Below, piece by piece: positions 13,611 through 27,755 of a stretch of 64,000 bases of DNA. The notes beneath the pieces are model-generated. The model had not been told where the DNA came from. It searched no databases and was given only the letters and a program-made list of their open reading frames with translations. The position numbers and the translations under genes are program-made. Origin of the DNA: Felis catus (taxonomy: Eukaryota); NCBI RefSeq assembly GCF_018350175.1, contig NC_058380.1:33976001-34040000 (forward strand). Reading direction: 5' to 3'. Position 1 is the first letter of the stretch. Every line of letters starts with the position of its first letter.

Positions 13611-16309
13611 AACACTTTATAGGACTTAACACTTTGGAGGGTATTTTGTGAAATCCATGTCAACTTTTTCAACTGGCTTCTATGGTCATTTAGAGATAAA
13701 GCTCAGTGTAGATTTATGACCAGGAAAAAATATTGAACGAGCCAACACTAAATTAGATTGTCTCCCTCTAACCTCATCAAAGAATGGAACTGAGAAGTAA
13801 TCAGGGTAAATTACTTCTGATTTTGATGATGATGAGTGCATCATCATGATGCACTGAGTCTCGTGTGTACAGTGACCCTTAAAACAAATTTAGGTGGATA
13901 CTCTTATCTCCATACTGCAAATAAAGAGACTGAGGCCTAGGAGAGTTAAAACACTTTGCACAGATCACCCTGGTAGTCCATAAAGCAGTGAAACTGGGAT
14001 GTGAATCCAGAATTTTCTGACTTTGGAGTCTGGGCTCTTAACTACTACACTCTAATGCATGTATATTAAGTTGCAACTTTAAATTTACTATCGTAAAGTT
14101 CAATTCCTTATTTCAAAACTGTGAAGAGAAAGGAAAACAGATTAAAGACCAGATGTTCCTGTCGGTTTGGTTTAAGGATGCATTAATCCCACAGTACAGT
14201 ACTTTCCACTTCCAAATCTTTTTCTTACTTTCTTTTTTTTTTTTTTGAAAATGAAAGACAAGCCATAGGTTTCTATATGGTTAGATTTTTAACATGATTC
14301 TTATCAAAATAAAAAGGGTGGGATCTTAAGTATAATCTTTATCCTATATAATTGGGAAAAATGAAGTGTTTTAAATTAAATTAAAAGTGTTTTAATTTCT
14401 TTCATTTACACCCTCCCAACCAAACCCCCTCTCTTACCCACCTTCCTCCCCACAAATTTTGCAGGAAAAGAGAGAAAGGTGATATACATTCATTTCTTGG
14501 AACTGAATAGTCACAATGGAGCAAAGGGAACAGTAGTATTGACAGAAACCACTGAGAATGGTAAGAGACCAATAACTCATGAATAACAAGTCTGCACTAA
14601 CAGTTTTAATGACTATCCTAATGGTTTAATGGATGGCACTTTAATAGGATTTCTAGTACAATCCTTCTGAAAGCTTGTCTTCAATAAATCTGTCATTAAC
14701 AAAGAGCTGAATTGCTTCACCACATAACTATAGTTTACTGAATCTGAACATAACAAAATATGGCAGTTGTCAGCCTGTATTACTAGCCTGGTTTCAAGTA
14801 TTTTGTTAACTACTGTGGGAGAGATGGCTCCATGCTCAAAATGTAGGCTGCCAGTGAAAGAGGCATATTTATACCAAGGGGATGCAGTAGGCATTAAACG
14901 AAATACAACAGAAAGCTCACGATTATCAATTTATGTGTACAAAGACAAAAGTAGAAACAGTCATTGTAATCCAAACACATAGGTGTCTGTGAATATTGCA
15001 ACTTGAAAGACTCACTGGAGTTCTCTTTGAAATAACATATTGAATGCTTTGGGTGATTAGGTTTTGAATGCCCAGAGCATTTCTACATTTGCCCCATATT
15101 TGTTTACATTGTCTTGTTTCCTGTACTGACTTAAAGTTATTTAAAGTCAGGGATTGCCGTATTATGTTCTTAAGCGTGCATACTACTTCAATATAAAAGT
15201 TGAACTGGCAGCAGTCAGTCTTAGTGGATATTCCTAAATTCCAGCCCTTTGTTCCCTTTTAGTCTGCCCATGTCAGCGGTTTTCAAGTTTGACCTTTTCA
15301 CACTGGAATATTGCTAGTCTGGAGAGAACGTTGTTATCCTTTCTGTTTTTCTGAATCCTACCTTTCTTTCAAGGTTTAAATTCCATAGTCCTAATCCACT
15401 TGTACCTAGAGACCTCTGCCACTTGCTTTTGTATGTACCTACCACCATGTTATCACAGTGTGGACCATCTATTTCACAGTTAGGTTTAAACTTATAACAT
15501 TTATTCTTTTAAAACTGCTTAAAATCATCATAAACTTTTCATCGGATAATTCCTTAACTCCTCAACTCTATTTTAAATTCCTGAACAAAATACAGTCTAC
15601 TATATCTTTGTAGTCTATAAATGGCTAGCCCAGTCCAGGTGCAAATAAAATATATAGATGTTATTTTAACAATTTCAGAGTTTTGTCTCATTTCCCATGA
15701 ATGTCTTTTGAAATTGGGAAACTCATTTCTTTTATAATTATACTTTCATTCCCTGATTTAGTTGAGTCCTAAAATATATACAGAATTTTAAACCTGATGG
15801 CAATAGACTGATGCATTCTTCAGATTATCTTCCTCAATAACGCTGACTGCTGTAAATTCATTGACTTTACTGAAATCTGTATTGATCATCAAGACTACTG
15901 AAAATAACCCACTGGCTAAGCCATAGTTTGTTGAGGTTGCACAAATTGAATATAGCCTAGAGTGTGTTGGAGGAATAAAAATATCCTTTCCCAGAGCCAA
16001 TGTTGGAAAAATTTGAATTGGCATACCCTATTTTTGTTTATTTACAAGTAGTATGTTTATGTTTATTTACAAGTAGTATTATGTAAAAATGTCTCTCTTT
16101 GTTCAAAATTGAAAATATTATCAATAAAGCTATTCAATAAAAGTAAGTGGAATTTTATTCTGGAAAAGAAATATAATTACATTTGAGTTCATTTAAAATA
16201 CCTTTTGTTTATTAAGATAATTATTTAAAAAAGAATAATTATTAGATTATAGCTTTGCTTTATGCAGCATAAGTCTCATTTATGCCAATTTGAGAGTATA
16301 CTTTCTTAA

Positions 16310-16379
16310 ATTTTATTATTATTATTTTTATTTTAGAGAGAGAGAGAGCAGGTGAGTGGGGGAGAGGGGCAAAGGGAGT

Positions 16380-16433
<54 letters not shown>

Positions 16434-16556
16434 ATCTCAAGTAGGCTACATTTCAGCGTGGAGCCTGACATGGGGCTCGATTCCATGACCCTGGGATGCT
16501 GACCTGAGCCAAAATCAAGAATCAGATGTTCAAGCAACTGAGCCACCCAGGCACCC
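16310..16556 (-). mobile_element. SINEC element with expanded (GA)n
   Basis: Ends GAGCCACCCAGGCACCCC; internal (GA)n at ~16380-16432. Confidence 0.9.
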
Positions 16557-17769
16557 CATTCCTTTGATAATTCAACAAGACAGCAAACAAAATAAAAAGA
16601 GGACAAACAATATATAAATAGCAATATGGGTAAAGTAACAAATATAAAAAAATATTCTAACAGACAAACCTCTTTTATCAATATAAATAGTAAAATACAA
16701 ATAGGTTACCTTAACCAATGATTCTTAATAAGGGAAGAACAGAGAGAGCGGGAGATCTCTATGATATTTGAGCATCTCATATTTCTTTCTGAATGTACAG
16801 ACTACATCCAGTTAGAAAATTTTGCTTGATATCATAACACAAAATGCTATGCTTGATAACTGCTCCCATAGCCTAGAGAAACATTCAGACGTTTGGCCAC
16901 AGAAACATAATAAAGAACAAATGTTGTTCCTTAATCTTAACTCAAGTAACAGAATATGAGAAAGAAAAATAGAAATTTTCTCTAAAATGAGTCCAAAGTG
17001 CTACAAGTTTTAAGGATTTCTTTTTCTGTCTAAGAAACTAGTAAATTTAGACTTTGAAGAACAGATTTTAGATAACTGCTAGCACTCTAACTGGATTTCT
17101 AAATCACTGAATATAATGGATATTAGAAAGCAAAAAAATCTCAACATGGCGGATGTAACAAGTACAGACCAAAATCCAACTTGCATTATACTGGAGTAAA
17201 ACTTATAGTGGCATAATATGGGAATGCCAACAAAATCCATTTAGTGCAGCTTTGGCCTAATGTTTACCTAAAAACTGAAGGAACTTTTAGGCTCAGAATT
17301 CAAGAGCAAGGATTATGCATTCTTCATCTTTGTACCCCCCCCCAGAGCCTAGTAAAGTACCTGGTCTATAGTAAGAACTCACTAAAGGGTTATTGCATGA
17401 GATGGACAGAATACAAAGCTGGGAAAGAAGAGACCTCTAAAGAAGTGGACATTCATGTTTTTGGAAAATTTTTTTAGAAGTAGCTAGTAGTTTTATAATT
17501 GGCCCTCCATTCTGCTCAGTGATATTTGGAAGAAATGAGCAGCTTTGCCTCACAGAGTTCATTTGTTTATTCTCTAATGAAAATTATAATCCTTTACAAT
17601 TGGTTGCTGTAAAATGATTACAGATCAAAAACAAAAAGATTATATCCCTTTTCAAGAGCAAATGAGTAGCAAGAGCAGCTGAAATCTTGAGGAAACAAAG
17701 ATGTTCTTTTCATGCAAATATTTTAATGATAAAACTGCAGCAGGGAGATAAATACTGAAACTACTAGCA

Positions 17770-17772
<3 letters not shown>

Positions 17773-17811
<39 letters not shown>
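17773..17811. repeat. (GT)n microsatellite
   Basis: About 19 perfect units. Confidence 0.97.
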
Positions 17812-17816
<5 letters not shown>

Positions 17817-19749
17817 TGCTAGATTTTTAGCTTTGAGGAAAGGTGATTTTTCTTCCCCTTAGAGTTGGCCCTGAGACATGAATACTCCAGATCATTTTTC
17901 TTCATAGACTGAGCATAGAAAAGTGAGTTCTGCAATCAGCATTCTTCTGCTGCTTCCTTTCAGGCAGGGCAATGAAGGGCTTCCTTATCTGTGCACAGAA
18001 TCTTTAGCAGGAAGCTTGATCTTCTGCTCTGTCCTAATACACTGTCCCAGGGAGGCCTACCAAGGAAAGTCAAAGGTGGATTCCCCACCTAGAGAACCAT
18101 TGCCCATCAAGTTGCTGCTTCCTTGTCCTGAGGACTGTCCCCACAGGACCTCTGCTGCAGTACAGTAACATTATAACATATTGAAACATCTTTATTCATG
18201 GGTTGATAAATGGTGTCCATCTCGATATGATGTTATGCTTGCGAAGAGGGAGATACAAAGAGCAAACCAGTTTCCTGCTTCATTTTTGAATGTTATTCGT
18301 CCATTTATTTGAGAAATATTTAGCTTGCTAGTCACAAGGATATCCCAATAAAAATAATCCATTCCTTGCCCTGAAGAAACCTGGATTATTATAGTGGGAG
18401 ACTCATAAGTAAAATGAAGACTGCAATCCTTTGTAGTATCAGCGACTCAAGTACAGCAAACAGCAAATCAAATCTTCCCCATAGTGACAGGCACTTGTCT
18501 CACCTGTAACATTGGCCTTCCATGCTCTAGCTACCCCCAGACTGTGACATAACCAATTTCAAACAATGCCCCAGTATCACTAGTTCCCTCCATCAGTGGT
18601 TTAAAAACAATGCAAATAAAAGAAAGGTAAATCTTTGTCAAAATGTAGGAGAAAAAAGCCTAGTGGTCTTCTTGAGTCTTTATAATATGCCCATTTAATA
18701 TTCATATCTAAAGTATATCTACTGAATTGTACACTTTTAAATGGTGAAATTCATAACCCATTAATCGTATCCTAATAAATGATAAGGAAAAACACATGGA
18801 AATATATCAAATACATTTATTTTTTGCCAGGAATCACTATTCCTGTCAGTAAATAAAAATTACCTCTATCACAATCATGGATAGCTACCTATTTGGGTTC
18901 TCATATAGAAAGCAAAACTTCTTCGATGTTTCAAGTTAACCTAATTTTGACATGGATGACTACAGTTTTGGTTTCAGAAAACCTTCCCCTGTATTCATCA
19001 GTTTGTTTTTGTCTAGCAAGTCCACCTAAAAAAACCCATCAACTTTTGCATAATGTTAGATACAAAAACTGGCTGAATGACTTCAACCACATCGGTAAAC
19101 TTCCCAGAAAATGTATTTTCTTCAGTGAAACAACAGGGCTGGACTAGATTCAAAGATTTTAGAAATCTTCAAATATAACTCCATAGTGGAAACTTTATGA
19201 CACAGAATTTAAACCTCTGAAACTTTAGGACAGCTTTTTTTTTCTTTTGTAAGATAATGGGAGAATCCTTGAGCTGTGACAGGGAGGATCAATACGGAAG
19301 GAATAGAAAAGGAACAAAAAAGGAAATCAATGCCCAGTTGCACAGCAACACCCACCAACTCCAATATTTAGGCTGAAAATTTTTATTCTCCTCATGTTTC
19401 AGCTGATGACAAGGAGGTCAATTAATTACCATGGCGGGGGGGGGGGGGAATGAGACTGAGTTCTCCTACCTTTGCTAATGCAGCACCCTAACTGCTGTTG
19501 ATACAAAGGGAGGTAGCATTTCACTGTTCATTAACCATCCTAATTATGGTTTCTCAATCACTTCAGCCATGTCTGCACTCCCAAGTTATAGAACACCAAT
19601 AGAAGAGATTGGAGTTAAGCTTTCAAGAAAGGGGTAGAGGCATCATCACAATGAGAAAACAAAAATGGAAACCTGGCATCAGAACCTCATCTTTATAACA
19701 TCTACTTTTAACGTGTTTTATAATAATCAGAGAACCAGAATCCCAGGGT

Positions 19750-19750
<1 letters not shown>

Positions 19751-19788
<38 letters not shown>
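19751..19788. repeat. (AG)n microsatellite
   Basis: About 19 perfect units. Confidence 0.97.
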
Positions 19789-19791
<3 letters not shown>

Positions 19792-20304
19792 CTACAAAGG
19801 TTACCTACCTAGTGCAATCACCCATCTGATGCTAAACTTCTGCCTCGTCAATCCAGCTCATTAAATTATATGCCACTTCACATACTGTTCAATTTCACAG
19901 AAATAAAAGCTTGAGCTAAAACAAACAAAACAACTACAATGGGCCCTGAAACTAATGGAAGTAAATGTATATAGGCAAAAAGTTTGTATATTCCTGTCAA
20001 CTTGAAATACGGCAAACTTCTGATTGGGAAGTAATAGCTTCTATCTTTTAAAAACACTTAGCAGCTTTTATATGAAATTAAGTTGTGGAAACTTAAAATA
20101 GGACTTTGCATAGATGAAAGAATGTCTTAAAAATCTTAAGGCAAAATGTCACTTTATATCATTTTAATATATTTATGAAGCTTAGTGTATCGTAGTGAAC
20201 AAGTTTTCCCTTCATCATGGGTCTTATCAAAATAAAGTTGGAATCTAGTGATATGCAGAGAGGAAGGCATTTTGCCAGCATGTTTTGCTTCTTTTAATCC
20301 CCAA

Positions 20305-20316
20305 TTTAATTTATTT

Positions 20317-20368
<52 letters not shown>

Positions 20369-20542
20369 TATCACACACAAGTAGGGGAGAGGGGCAGAGG
20401 GGGAGAGGGAGATAGAATTTTAAGCAGGCTCTACACTCAGCATACAGCCTGACAAGGGACTCAATTCCACAACCCTGGGACCATGACCTGAGCTGAAACC
20501 AAGAGGCAAGACACTCAACCAACTGAGCCACCCAGGAGCCCC
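20305..20542 (-). mobile_element. SINEC element with (GA)n expansion
   Basis: Ends CTGAGCCACCCAGGAGCCCC; typical body. Confidence 0.9.
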
Positions 20543-21184
20543 AATATTTAATTTTAAACAAGTAGGTAGACTCTGGTCTACAGTTTAAAAGACAAGAATA
20601 AGTCAATACCGATTATTCTCTCTGAGAGTTAAGACTGAGTCTTTAGACCTTTCAATCCTTCCAACCTCTGCTTCTGCTTTCTCTCCAGCTCATTTTCCTA
20701 GGAAATTGGTCAAGATCAGAAAACACATGAAGTCATCTTTTATAAGAAAATTCATTGAGTCAACCTGGTGGATTGAGGATTTCTATTCCAACTAATCACA
20801 TATGTCTATGTTCAACAAGGTTAGAGTGCAGTGCTAGTTTATTTGTTTTCAGGTATAAACTGTAATCTTTCATCATCTTTAAACTTGCTAAATAAAAAAT
20901 AAATAAATAAACAAGAACATGAAGGGGAAGGCTGGTTATAAAAGCTCTTACCCAAAAGACACCAAGTCCTTTTTTGTTGTTTTAAAGAATGTCCATGATA
21001 TTGAAAAACAAAAATAAAATATAATTATATCAATCAGAAATTTGAATCAACACATCTTATTTGGAATCAGAAAATACTCATGAATATTACACAACTACCT
21101 TAATAGATTATCACATAAAATGTGTTTTATTTTAAGACCATAATGAAAACAATTGTGGAAGGAACCATCACAGGGAACTATTTA

Positions 21185-21425
21185 TAGTGGTCAGAATATG
21201 ACTCTGACACCAAGCCATGTGAGTTCATATTCCAGTTCTGCCACCTACTAGCTGCATGACCTTTCACAAATTACCTAGCTTCTCTCTTTCGGTTTAGTCC
21301 CTTCTTTTATAACATGGGGGTACTAATAGCACCTGCTTGGCAGGACTGAATGAGTTAGTATATGTAACATGTCGTGAAGACTGCCTGGCACATATTAAGT
21401 GCTAAACACATGTGTTATCATTATT
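21185..21425 (+). mobile_element. MIR element
   Basis: MIR core-like TCTGCCACCTACTAGCTGCATGACCTT...AACATGGGGTACTAATAGCACCT...TGCCTGGCACATATTAAGTGCT. Confidence 0.75.
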
Positions 21426-21591
21426 GTCTCTATAAAGCTGATTCTAGACTGTGAAGCACTACAGAAAAGCTAGGCAATATTACCACCTTTAATTTAATTA
21501 ATTAAATTAAAACTTAATTTAATTAAGATTTAATACTAAATGTTACATAGTTTAATACTAAAGAAGAAGGTATGAAGGGATATTTTGCAGG

Positions 21592-21760
21592 CAGGAGTGG
21601 AGGAGAGGGATGAGGAAAGGGAACATGGGGTGAAGAGGGGAAGAGAGAGATAAGGGGGAGAGGATAAAGGAGATTGAGGGGATGGAGGAGAGGATGGGGA
21701 TGAGTGGGGATGGGGGGGAGGAAAGAAGAGATGAGGGGGAGTGGATGAGGGGAGGAGGAA
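21592..21760. repeat. G/A-rich low-complexity tract
   Basis: Almost entirely purine plus scattered T, with many G3-G7 runs. Confidence 0.9.
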
Positions 21761-24681
21761 TGAATGAAATCAAGAATCTCCATGAGCCTCTGACTGGAGT
21801 TTGGATGAAAGATGAATGCCCACCATTAAGGAAACTTACTTGGTAAGTGAGAAATAACACAGTTCTGATTATACCATATGCCTAAACTTTTTAAAGCCAA
21901 ATACTCCAAGCGCTGTATCTGTGATAACAGATTCCCAAGGCATTGCTAAATCCACAGGTTCATGTACTGTCTTAATGCTTACAACTGTCCCTTTTATCCT
22001 CTTTGTTCTCCCCAACATGGTGGCATGCCCAACAATTACTTTTCACGTAGAATGGCAAATTATTTAGTCACAGTAGACAAATCGTGGCAAATGATATTCC
22101 CACTACTTTTATTACATCTAAACACTGAATACATAAACAAGTAAAGACATTCTTATTCTGTTGGGCAGTGATAGGCTCTCCTTGCCCTAATCCCTTTTAG
22201 CAGCATTATTAAAATTCTCCCCAAAGCTGTACTCAGAAGTGACATACAAACAGATGCATTCATTTGATCCCTGGGAGTACTTACGGCTTTAGGAGTAGAA
22301 ACAGGAAATCATTTCCATGATTTGAGAGTAGTTTTGAGATCACTTAGTGCAGACCCTTCAGTGTTGGTGTCCCAGCCTTTTAAGAATGTAATCACCTTTC
22401 TCACCTCACCTCTGAGCAGCATGACCCAGACATTGCAGTGACAGGCACAGAACACATTGGGGTCCCCTGAACAAGCCATGCCCCTTTTTATCTCCATGCC
22501 TTTGTGTGTCAATCTCCCTCACACTGGGGCCTTTTGGTCCTAGCAAACTTTACTGATTCCAACTCACATGCTCTCTGAGAAGCCTCTCCTAGGTATTGCT
22601 CCTTCTTAAACCTCCTCTTCCAACCATCACCCACTATGTCTTAGAAAACTATGGACTTATCCAGGGAAAAACTTACTTCTTGACCTTTTTTTTTTTTTTT
22701 TTTTTTTTTACTTTCTAGTAAGTGTTCATCAAACAGATGAAGGCATTCCAACTAACTGATTCTCTTATAAATAAGGAAACTGAAATCAGGGGAGTTAAAC
22801 AGCTTGTCGAGGGGCATTCAGATTCACAGCAAAGACCTGAGGCAGGTTCTACTCTTCAGTGAAAATGAGTCTTACTGGGTACTTAGTGTGGATTTAATAT
22901 CCATAAATTCCATTACAAACAAAATACGAAAAGAACTTTGCAGACATCATAACCACCTTCCATTTTCATTACTGCTCACCTTCTAATTGCTTTCATAGAA
23001 CCCATTTTTGGAAAAAGGAGAACGGGATGTTATGCAAATAAAACAACTTATGGAAAAAATGTAGTGTTATTAGATGACTAATTGGTAGGTCACGAGTGTA
23101 AAGTTCACAATACTGAGGGCCACATGTGTTTCCTGTGTGCCTGTTTTGTACAGAAAGGCAAAGAGGTCAGGTGCCTGAAATATATTCATCTGCATAACAA
23201 CTTTATGAGTAGATGCTAATATTCTCATCTTAAGTGAGAGAGAACCAAGGCTACAAGAGGTGAAGTAGCTGGTTCAGGGTCAAACAGCATAGTGACTAAT
23301 TGGCAGAGTCCAAATATGAGCCCCGGTTTTCTTGACTTCTGACATTCCCCCCAGCATCTGATACTGTTCCCCTCCACATGGACATCATTCTGGCCCTAAA
23401 ACCCCAACTTCATTTTAAAATCAAAACAAAACTCAGAAAATGGGCCTTTTTTTTTTCTCTTGATATAGTTTCTTTGAAGTTGAAAGCTTGTTTTGGAACT
23501 AGAAACACTTCAGGATTAATTGTTTCCTGAGAGGTTTGGGCTCCACATGGGAGCAGGTGGAAAGACAATTTGGACAATGTCCAGTAATGGTCAAGGGCCA
23601 ATTAGTTATGGTGAACTTGTATGAGAACAGGGATTGAGAAACAAAACAGGAGTTATAGGACATTCCCCCGAGATGAGTATGACTCCCAGAAGAAAAAAAT
23701 AAATAAAAGGATCAAGGATAAACCATATGGAGCTTAAGGTTAGTAAGGGAAAAAAATATTTGAGGTTAAAAAAAGATAGTGGGAACAGGAACATTTTAAA
23801 AGTTCAAATACAAATAAGTTTCGAAACTTGAGAATTTGCTTGAAGTTTGAGTTCTAACAACTACACAAGTTCAAAAAGATTAAAAGGCTATAAACACATA
23901 GACACACCCTGGTTTTGGATGTGTTTCTTCTGAGGGGAGCTGCTGTTTCTTTGTGTCCTACCAGATTTGTTTACAAGGTGCAGAATGGCAGCCAGCTGGG
24001 AAGAGACTCTCTGTACTTTTATATCTTACTCGGTGATGCTGGTTCTTAGCTATGATCCAACCCCGGCCCCCCTCCATCTTCTCGGATTGCCAAATGGGAG
24101 GCCCATCCTGACTATAAAAACTGTACTGAGAGTTTAATCAGTAGGTACTTTTGAGTTAAATCTGAGGGGTCTGTACTAAAATGTATTCACTTCTGTACTG
24201 TCTAAAGATAATAACAGTCTATTTTCTGAGAGAAAAGTTCTGAAAATAAGGCTTCACCGCTGATAAATCAGGTGGGGATGTCAACTGAGAAAAGCAGCTC
24301 TTTTTACAGAGAGACATTCTTTGTTCTATTCACTCCTGTTGTTGGTACTAGCAATTTTGATCACAACAAAGAGCTTCTGTGAACTGTAAATTTAGTTAGA
24401 AATCGATCCAGACACACACTTTGGTTAATTATCTGCTGCATGCCCAGTGGTGGGCTTCCCACCAGGTGGCCAGCAGCACACAAGGAAGGCCTAACACCTG
24501 ACCAGGAGAAGCTTCTATTCCAATACCAAGAATGATCAGAATAAAAGAAAAGGCAACATAGTAAGTGCCAATTACAGTGCACCAAATTAGCAAATTTTCT
24601 TTTTTCTTCCTTTAGTATTGTTTATTTTATTGAATTCAACCAAGTACTATGGATTTGACCAATGAAAGGGATGGGAAGAGG

Positions 24682-24785
24682 CCAGGTTTTCACTGAGTCT
24701 AATACATACATTATTTTCACATTTTAACATCTCTGAAATTGATGTGCATCTTACAAGTGATGGGCCTGTATTTAATGAAATAATA
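24682..24785 (+). mobile_element. MER104-like TcMar-Tc2 DNA transposon remnant
   Basis: TTCACATTTTAACATCTCTGAAATTGATGTGCATCTTACAA matches a recalled consensus core. Confidence 0.55.
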
Positions 24786-25449
24786 GCTACTGAGACTACT
24801 AAGCACTTTTATCAGGGATTCTGCTAAGCATTTTATATGTATCCATTTATTTTTAATTACATATGAGGTGTTAAGATTAGTTCCTTTGCAGACACGAAAC
24901 AAGTAAAACAGAGGTTCAGTTATTCACATAAGGTCATACAGCTTGATCCAGCAGCCAAACTTAGGCAGCTGGAATCCAGTGCCTATGTCCTTAGCCACTG
25001 TGCCACCCTATTCTCACTATTAGCTCAATTGGTCATTGAGGTCAATTGGTCATAGGGCCCTGAATGGCAGGCAGAGGGGTTTGGGCCCAGGCAGTAAAAC
25101 AGCTGCGTACTCAAGGATGTAGGTAACGGCTTCCTCACCCAAGCCCCTGATCCTAGAATATCAGGAGATTGTGGTTTGGAATAGTAAACTTAGCCATTCA
25201 TCCCCCATGAAGGAAGCTGGTTTACCCAGCCCAGTATAAAAAACGTAGTGGTTTTTAAAAGTAGTAGTTCTTACTACTTTTCATTTTATGAAATCATTTA
25301 TTTTTCTCATTACATCACACAAGCTACCATATTTGCTCAAAATTAAAAAACAAACTATTATCTCATGTGGCTCATGTATCAATATTTAAAAATTAAGGCT
25401 TTTGCTTGGTCTATTCCACTCTTCAACTTTGCCTAAGAGATGAAAATAA

Positions 25450-25661
25450 GGGGGCTCCTGGGTGGTTCAGTAGGTTAAGTGTTCAACTCTTGATTTCGGC
25501 TCAGGTCATGATCTCATGGTTCATGCATGAGTTCAAGCCCTGCATCGGGCTCTGTGCTGACAGTGCGGAACTTGCTTGGGATTCGGACTCTCTCTCTCTG
25601 CCCCTACCCCACTTTCCCTCTTTCTCAAAATAAATAAATGAACTAAAAAAAATAAGAGAGA

Positions 25662-25700
<39 letters not shown>
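25450..25700 (+). mobile_element. SINEC element with (AG)n-derived tail
   Basis: Head GGGGCTCCTGGGTGG; GAGATGAAAA repeated at both flanks (probable TSD). Confidence 0.9.
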
Positions 25701-25704
<4 letters not shown>

Positions 25705-26377
25705 AAACAGATCTCTGTCATCTACTACTTTCTTCCTTCAGAAAAGTAAGTCGGAGGAGCCACTTCGAAAAAATTCAGTACCTTCAAAGCTGGAAAAAAA
25801 AATCATCTGTGTGTGTCTGGTTTCTTATTTGTATCTGTGTAATGCTCTAATGCATGTCCATCCTCATGAGTTTACAGATAAATTATAAACTAATTGAAAG
25901 CAGAACTGACAAGTGGTTCTACATTATGAATGCTTGGAGATTTATGAAACATTTAGTAATGAATGCTTTAGGCCGACAGATGCACTGTGGCACACATGGC
26001 CAAATATACCAAGAGCCTATTCCTTGGGAAAATAGAAATATTTTCTTTTGTGGCTATTGCTTTGATGACAGTTTTGTCCTTTTACAAAGAAATGTAATAT
26101 TTACCTCTGGGAATGAAGAAACTATGGAGAAAATAAATGTCATAGGAAGCATGTCGGGAAAACCACTGGGTTTTCCCAGGGATAGTCATGCAGCACAAAT
26201 TGGTAACCATGATATTTTCATGGAAATTTTTAGTATAAATACTGATCTAGTTGGGGACTTAGGTTTCTGGGCTCTATAAATCAGGCCATAGTAAGAAGAA
26301 AACAGCAAAATATTTAGGTCTCTAGAGCAGATAGGTTGAGGCACAGCGTCCTTTTAACAATAAGAAGGAATAAATTT

Positions 26378-26581
26378 GGGACACCTGGATGGCCTACTAG
26401 TTAAGCACCCATCTCTCGGTTTTGGCTCAGGTCGTGATCTCATAGTTCCTAAGTTCGAGCCCCACATTGGGCTCTGTGCTGACAACAGTAGGGGGTCTGC
26501 TTGGGATTCTCTCTCTCTATCCCTCCCTGACTCACAATTTTGCTCTCTCGCAAAGTAAATAAATAAACTTTAAAAAGAAAA
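26378..26581 (+). mobile_element. SINEC element
   Basis: TSD AAGAAGGAATAAATTTG at 26362-26378 and 26582-26598. Confidence 0.92.
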
Positions 26582-27556
26582 AAGAAGGAATAAATTTGTG
26601 ATCTGGTTCAGCCACGTTCTAGGCATGTCACTCCTTTCTCAACTTTGTTCTTTATCCCTGAGATGAAAGGGTTCAACTACAGAGGTTCAGCTCTAAGCAC
26701 GTAAAAATATGATATAAGCAGCATTTTTAGATATCTCTATATGTCTTGGCACTGTCTTGATATATTTCCTTATTCATGAAGGAAATATTCTATCTTTTTC
26801 TGTTACCTGTCCCACTAGAGTATTGTGAAAAATTTAGCTTTCTAGACAAAGGTGCCACATACATGCTGTTACTAAAACAGAAAGACAGGACACCAATATC
26901 TGGAATGTTTCAGATAAGAGGCTTATTATCATCTGCATAGACAGGAAATGTGAGAGTGTTGCCATGAGTACAGGAAGAAAACCTCAGCCCATCTGGATGC
27001 TAAATGGTGGAGGACACTTGAGTGCTGAGATAAAAGATAATACACATCCACAGATGGTAGCAAAGACACTGGTACTGGGTTTTATGGTGAGAACAGAAGA
27101 GGTCAAAGGTAGGCCTTCTGAGCAGCACAGTTTCTCACTCTGCTCTGATCCAACAAAAAGACTGCTCTTCAGAGTAGTTTTAATATCTATGTTTAAGATA
27201 ACATTACTGAGAGAGATAGTTATCACTCATTTGAGGCTAGATGGCAGATAACTACTTACATCTATTTGTAAGTCAGCTGTTAGGAAGTTGGAAGAAACTG
27301 TGCAGTTGTAACTATATTTAAAAAGAGGTTATTATCTCAACCCATGTATGAAGTCTATAATGTACCTGAAGTACAGTATGGATATTGGGATTATTTCTAT
27401 GGGGAACTGCAACTTGAAGACCAAATTGGGAGATGGTTTCACATCTTCTCTGACTTTGTAGCTTTTCTTGCTAGTGACCACTGGGATGCCTTTGTGTTGA
27501 GGTCTTGACTAGTGGGGATGGGGTGAATATATCCACTCAACAGTGAACCAACTCTC

Positions 27557-27755
27557 TTTTTTTAAGTTTATTTATTTATTTTAAGAGAGTGACAGAGACA
27601 GAGACAGGAAGGAGAAGAGAAAGAGGGAGAGAGAGAATCCCAAGCAGGCTCTGCACTGTCAGCACAGAGCCTGATGCCAGGCCCAACCACAAACCACGTG
27701 ATCATGACCCAAGCTGAAGTCAGACACTTAACAAACTGAGACACCCAGCTTCCCC
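27557..27755 (-). mobile_element. SINEC element
   Basis: Poly-T tail, GAATCCCAAGCAGGCTCTGCACTGTCAGCACAGAGCC body. Confidence 0.9.

Noticed and set aside
15794-15956. 163-nt minus-strand exon-like segment with one open frame
   Set aside because: The open frame is not the PTPRD phase, phase 0 contains TAA, the donor (GTTTAA) is weak and the peptide is unrecognisable.
16035-16079. 20-bp direct repeat TGTTTATTTACAAGTAGTAT x2
   Set aside because: Simple local tandem duplication with two copies; not an array.
21523-21860. Pro/Ser/Leu-rich ORFs
   Set aside because: Translation of the low-complexity G/A tract.
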